From Amphiscolops sp. MND2022 (taxonomy: Eukaryota): 64,000 nt of DNA. The notes beneath the pieces were generated by a model. That model ran no database searches, had not been told where the DNA came from, and saw only the letters and a list, made by a program, of their open reading frames with translations. The stretch is taken from assembly GCA_964187785.1 (NCBI GenBank), contig OZ076416.1, forward strand, positions 24,118,001 through 24,182,000, given 5' to 3'. The first letter of the stretch is position 1, and the number at the start of each line of letters is the position of its first letter. The translations under genes and the position numbers were made by a program. Positions 61,626 through 64,000 of the stretch are shown here, piece after piece.

Positions 61626-62845
61626 GTCAATTGCAGTACTTGCTGGAAGTAGGTCAGCTCCATGTCGACTCTGCAAAGAACATGACAGCTTATTTCGACA
61701 CATTCTTCCGCGAAAACAAAGAAGAGTATGACGTGGTGATAGCCGATATATCAACTACTGGCGTTTTTCTTTCTGCTGAATCTTTCGACATCCCAATAAT
61801 CTTGTCAACCCCGGGGACGAGCGTTGCTGTTGAAAACATGGATATAAAACAAGAAGCTGCTTTTTGGGAGATGGTGATTTTCAAATTTGTATTCAATGGT
61901 TTCGGGAAATACATCGAAAAAAGTCGACTTGAACGAAAGTTACCGGAAGTAGTTTCTCAGTGGGATATAATAATTCCGTTTGAATACAATAGCCGTTTTC
62001 CCGCCATGATTTACACTTCGCCTCAATTTTACCCCAAACCGCATGAAACCATGGATTACATTTTCATCGGTGGTTTCCGAAATGACTCCGAAAATGTGGA
62101 AGTTCTGTCGGAACCTTTAACAGACTGGATAAATTTGGATTCTTTGGATGTTATATATGTTTCCATGGGAACCCTCATCAATTTGCCAGACCATCAAATC
62201 AAAGATTTCAGCGACGAAGTCCGAAAACAGAACCAGTATCGCGTGGTTTGGTCTCTCAGTGTTTCCATGCAAGAAACAGTGAACAACATGGGTCTAACTT
62301 CCGATTCGATGCTTTATTTCAGCAACTACCTTCCACAGTATACTCTTTTAGGTCATCCAAAGGTCAAATTGTTTGTGACTCATGGTGGACTTTTATCCTC
62401 AGTTGATGTCATAAAGCGGAAGAAGCCATCTGTTTGTATACCTCATCTGGGTGATCAGTTTTATAACTGTCGCAAAATGAAATCTCTAGGCATGTCTGAA
62501 ACAGTCTCATCATTCAGTTTCCCAGCAATCAACGAAACCATCATGGAAATTCGGCGCAACTACGCTAGTTATCTGTCTCAGGCCAAGGCTTACGCTGAGG
62601 ATCTTTCAAAATATGAAGACGTGAATAATCTTAATGCGTTTGTGCAGGAAATCACAGCTAGAAAATGTACGACTCTGGTGAAAGAGTTCAAATTTCAAAT
62701 TTATTCCAAGAAGTTTTTGATTGGATGGTTCTTTCTGAAGGCAGCAGCAGCGATTTTGGGGGTGGCTTTTTTGGTCCTCGTTTTCAAAGTTATGAAACGA
62801 ATTGCTTCAGCGGTGAACAGAAAAGAGAAAGCCAAAAAGTCGTAA
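61626..62845 (+). CDS. UDP-glycosyltransferase (UGT-2), exon 2
   Basis: GQLQYLLEVGQLHVDSAKNM...YLPQYTLLGHPKVKLFVTHGG...PHLGDQ..., followed by a transmembrane helix and a KAKKS tail. Colinear with UGT-1. The ORF-track N-terminus (61553-61625) is intronic and not homologous. Confidence 0.92.
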
Positions 62846-63494
62846 AAAAACTTCAAGAATTTCTCACGAAACATACGTGATTTATGATATGTCAACATTT
62901 TCGGACATTTTTGTTGCAATTTTATATTGTTGAAGCAACAACACCTCAAATGTACAATAAATTGATACAGTAGTTGATGAGTCAAGTCAATTTCAATACA
63001 TATTCGACTCGAGCGAAGAAGTTGTAACTGAGTTGTAACTATAACGTCAAGTTTTTCAACTCAAAAAGTTTTCTCAAAAAATTTACTTCTGACTTTCTTT
63101 AACTTGAACCTTACTACAATTAAGCGACTATCACTTTTCTAAATCCGAAAATTCTATTATAGACGTCTCTTTTTCCTAAGAAAGTGATAAAACCTTGCTG
63201 GTTTTGAAAACCAGCAAAAGTAGCAGCATGATGTATTTCGGTAGTGCGAGAATGAAAATATACATATCCGGTATAGGTATAGAAATGGAATTTTTCCGAA
63301 AAATATTGCTTTAGGAAATTTCATTCGAGACATTTTTGAATTCCAACGAGACAGAAGCGTCTTAAGTCGGCGCGCGCCACTTAAGGTTTAAAAACGCATT
63401 TTGAAAAAAATCCCTGGACTTTCTAATGAAAAACTTACAAAAAAGTGTCAAAACACCCAAAGGTTGCTTTTCGAGCTCGGAAAACGCTTCAAAA

Positions 63495-63700
63495 GTTCAG
63501 ATATAGCGTGCTGGGCCACACGGGAGCGCTTTCGAACATCGGTCTCCTTCTTAATAAATTGCAATTTACTTCGCATATAACGTTAGAAGTTCGGATATAG
63601 CGTGCTGAGACAAATGGAATCGCTTTTTTGAACCTCCACCTCGGTAAAATGCATTTTACTTCAGATGAAACGTCAAAAGCTCGGATATAGCGTGCTACGG
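63495..63700 (+). repeat. ~92-bp tandem repeat, about 2.5 diverged units
   Basis: GATATAGCGTGCT recurs at ~63500, ~63594 and ~63684. Confidence 0.8.
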
Positions 63701-64000
63701 CGGCCGCCGGAGTGTGGCGCAGATTGTAAAAGTGGCCCATTCAATGTGAGATTGTCATCTGACAAAAAACTGGTCAGTGTAATAGTCGAACACATTTTCG
63801 TCTGAAAACACGTGGATTTTGACCTTCTTTAATGTACAAATGCAAAAAGACACATTCTGCAAACGAACGGAAACTGAAAGTCTCGTTACGCTTCTTAGTT
63901 AGAATGGATATCAAAGTTTGCTTTTGTACAATGCATCGAGTAAGTGGAATGAATTGTTCAACTTTGTTGGTGGTTTCATATTGTTGTGAAGGAAGGTGAA

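Overview
This is animal (invertebrate-like) nuclear DNA dominated by transposable elements; I found no prokaryotic genes, CRISPR arrays or RNA genes. In order: the decayed 3' half of a Ty3/Gypsy element with an antisense accessory ORF and a putative 3' LTR (1-4990); a C-type lectin exon (5730-6168); two ~1.37-kb direct repeats (6350-7728, 34578-35945) bracketing a ~27-kb block. That block holds a second decayed Gypsy element lacking its RT core, whose post-integrase accessory region is amplified into a 12.7-kb modular tandem array with a 3,462-bp higher-order repeat (18438-31197). Then come a non-autonomous hAT element with a perfect 8-bp TSD (36175-37075) and two head-to-head UDP-glycosyltransferase (UGT) paralogs. 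UGT-1 (37557-39035, minus) is intronless. UGT-2 is not annotated as one gene by the ORF track, but it reassembles as 45825-46089 joined to 61626-62845 (494 aa) across a 15,536-bp GT-AG intron. The intron boundaries sit inside a near-perfect 8-bp duplication (TTGACTGG/TTGACAGG), as expected if a transposon insertion at a proto-splice site created the intron; this is the best candidate for a new observation. The intron also contains a young but ORF-broken Ty1/copia element (identical 225-bp LTRs, GAAAA TSD, TT...GA ends, templated internal rearrangement), a MITE-like repeat and a decayed LINE. All comparisons were done by eye; no database searches were run.
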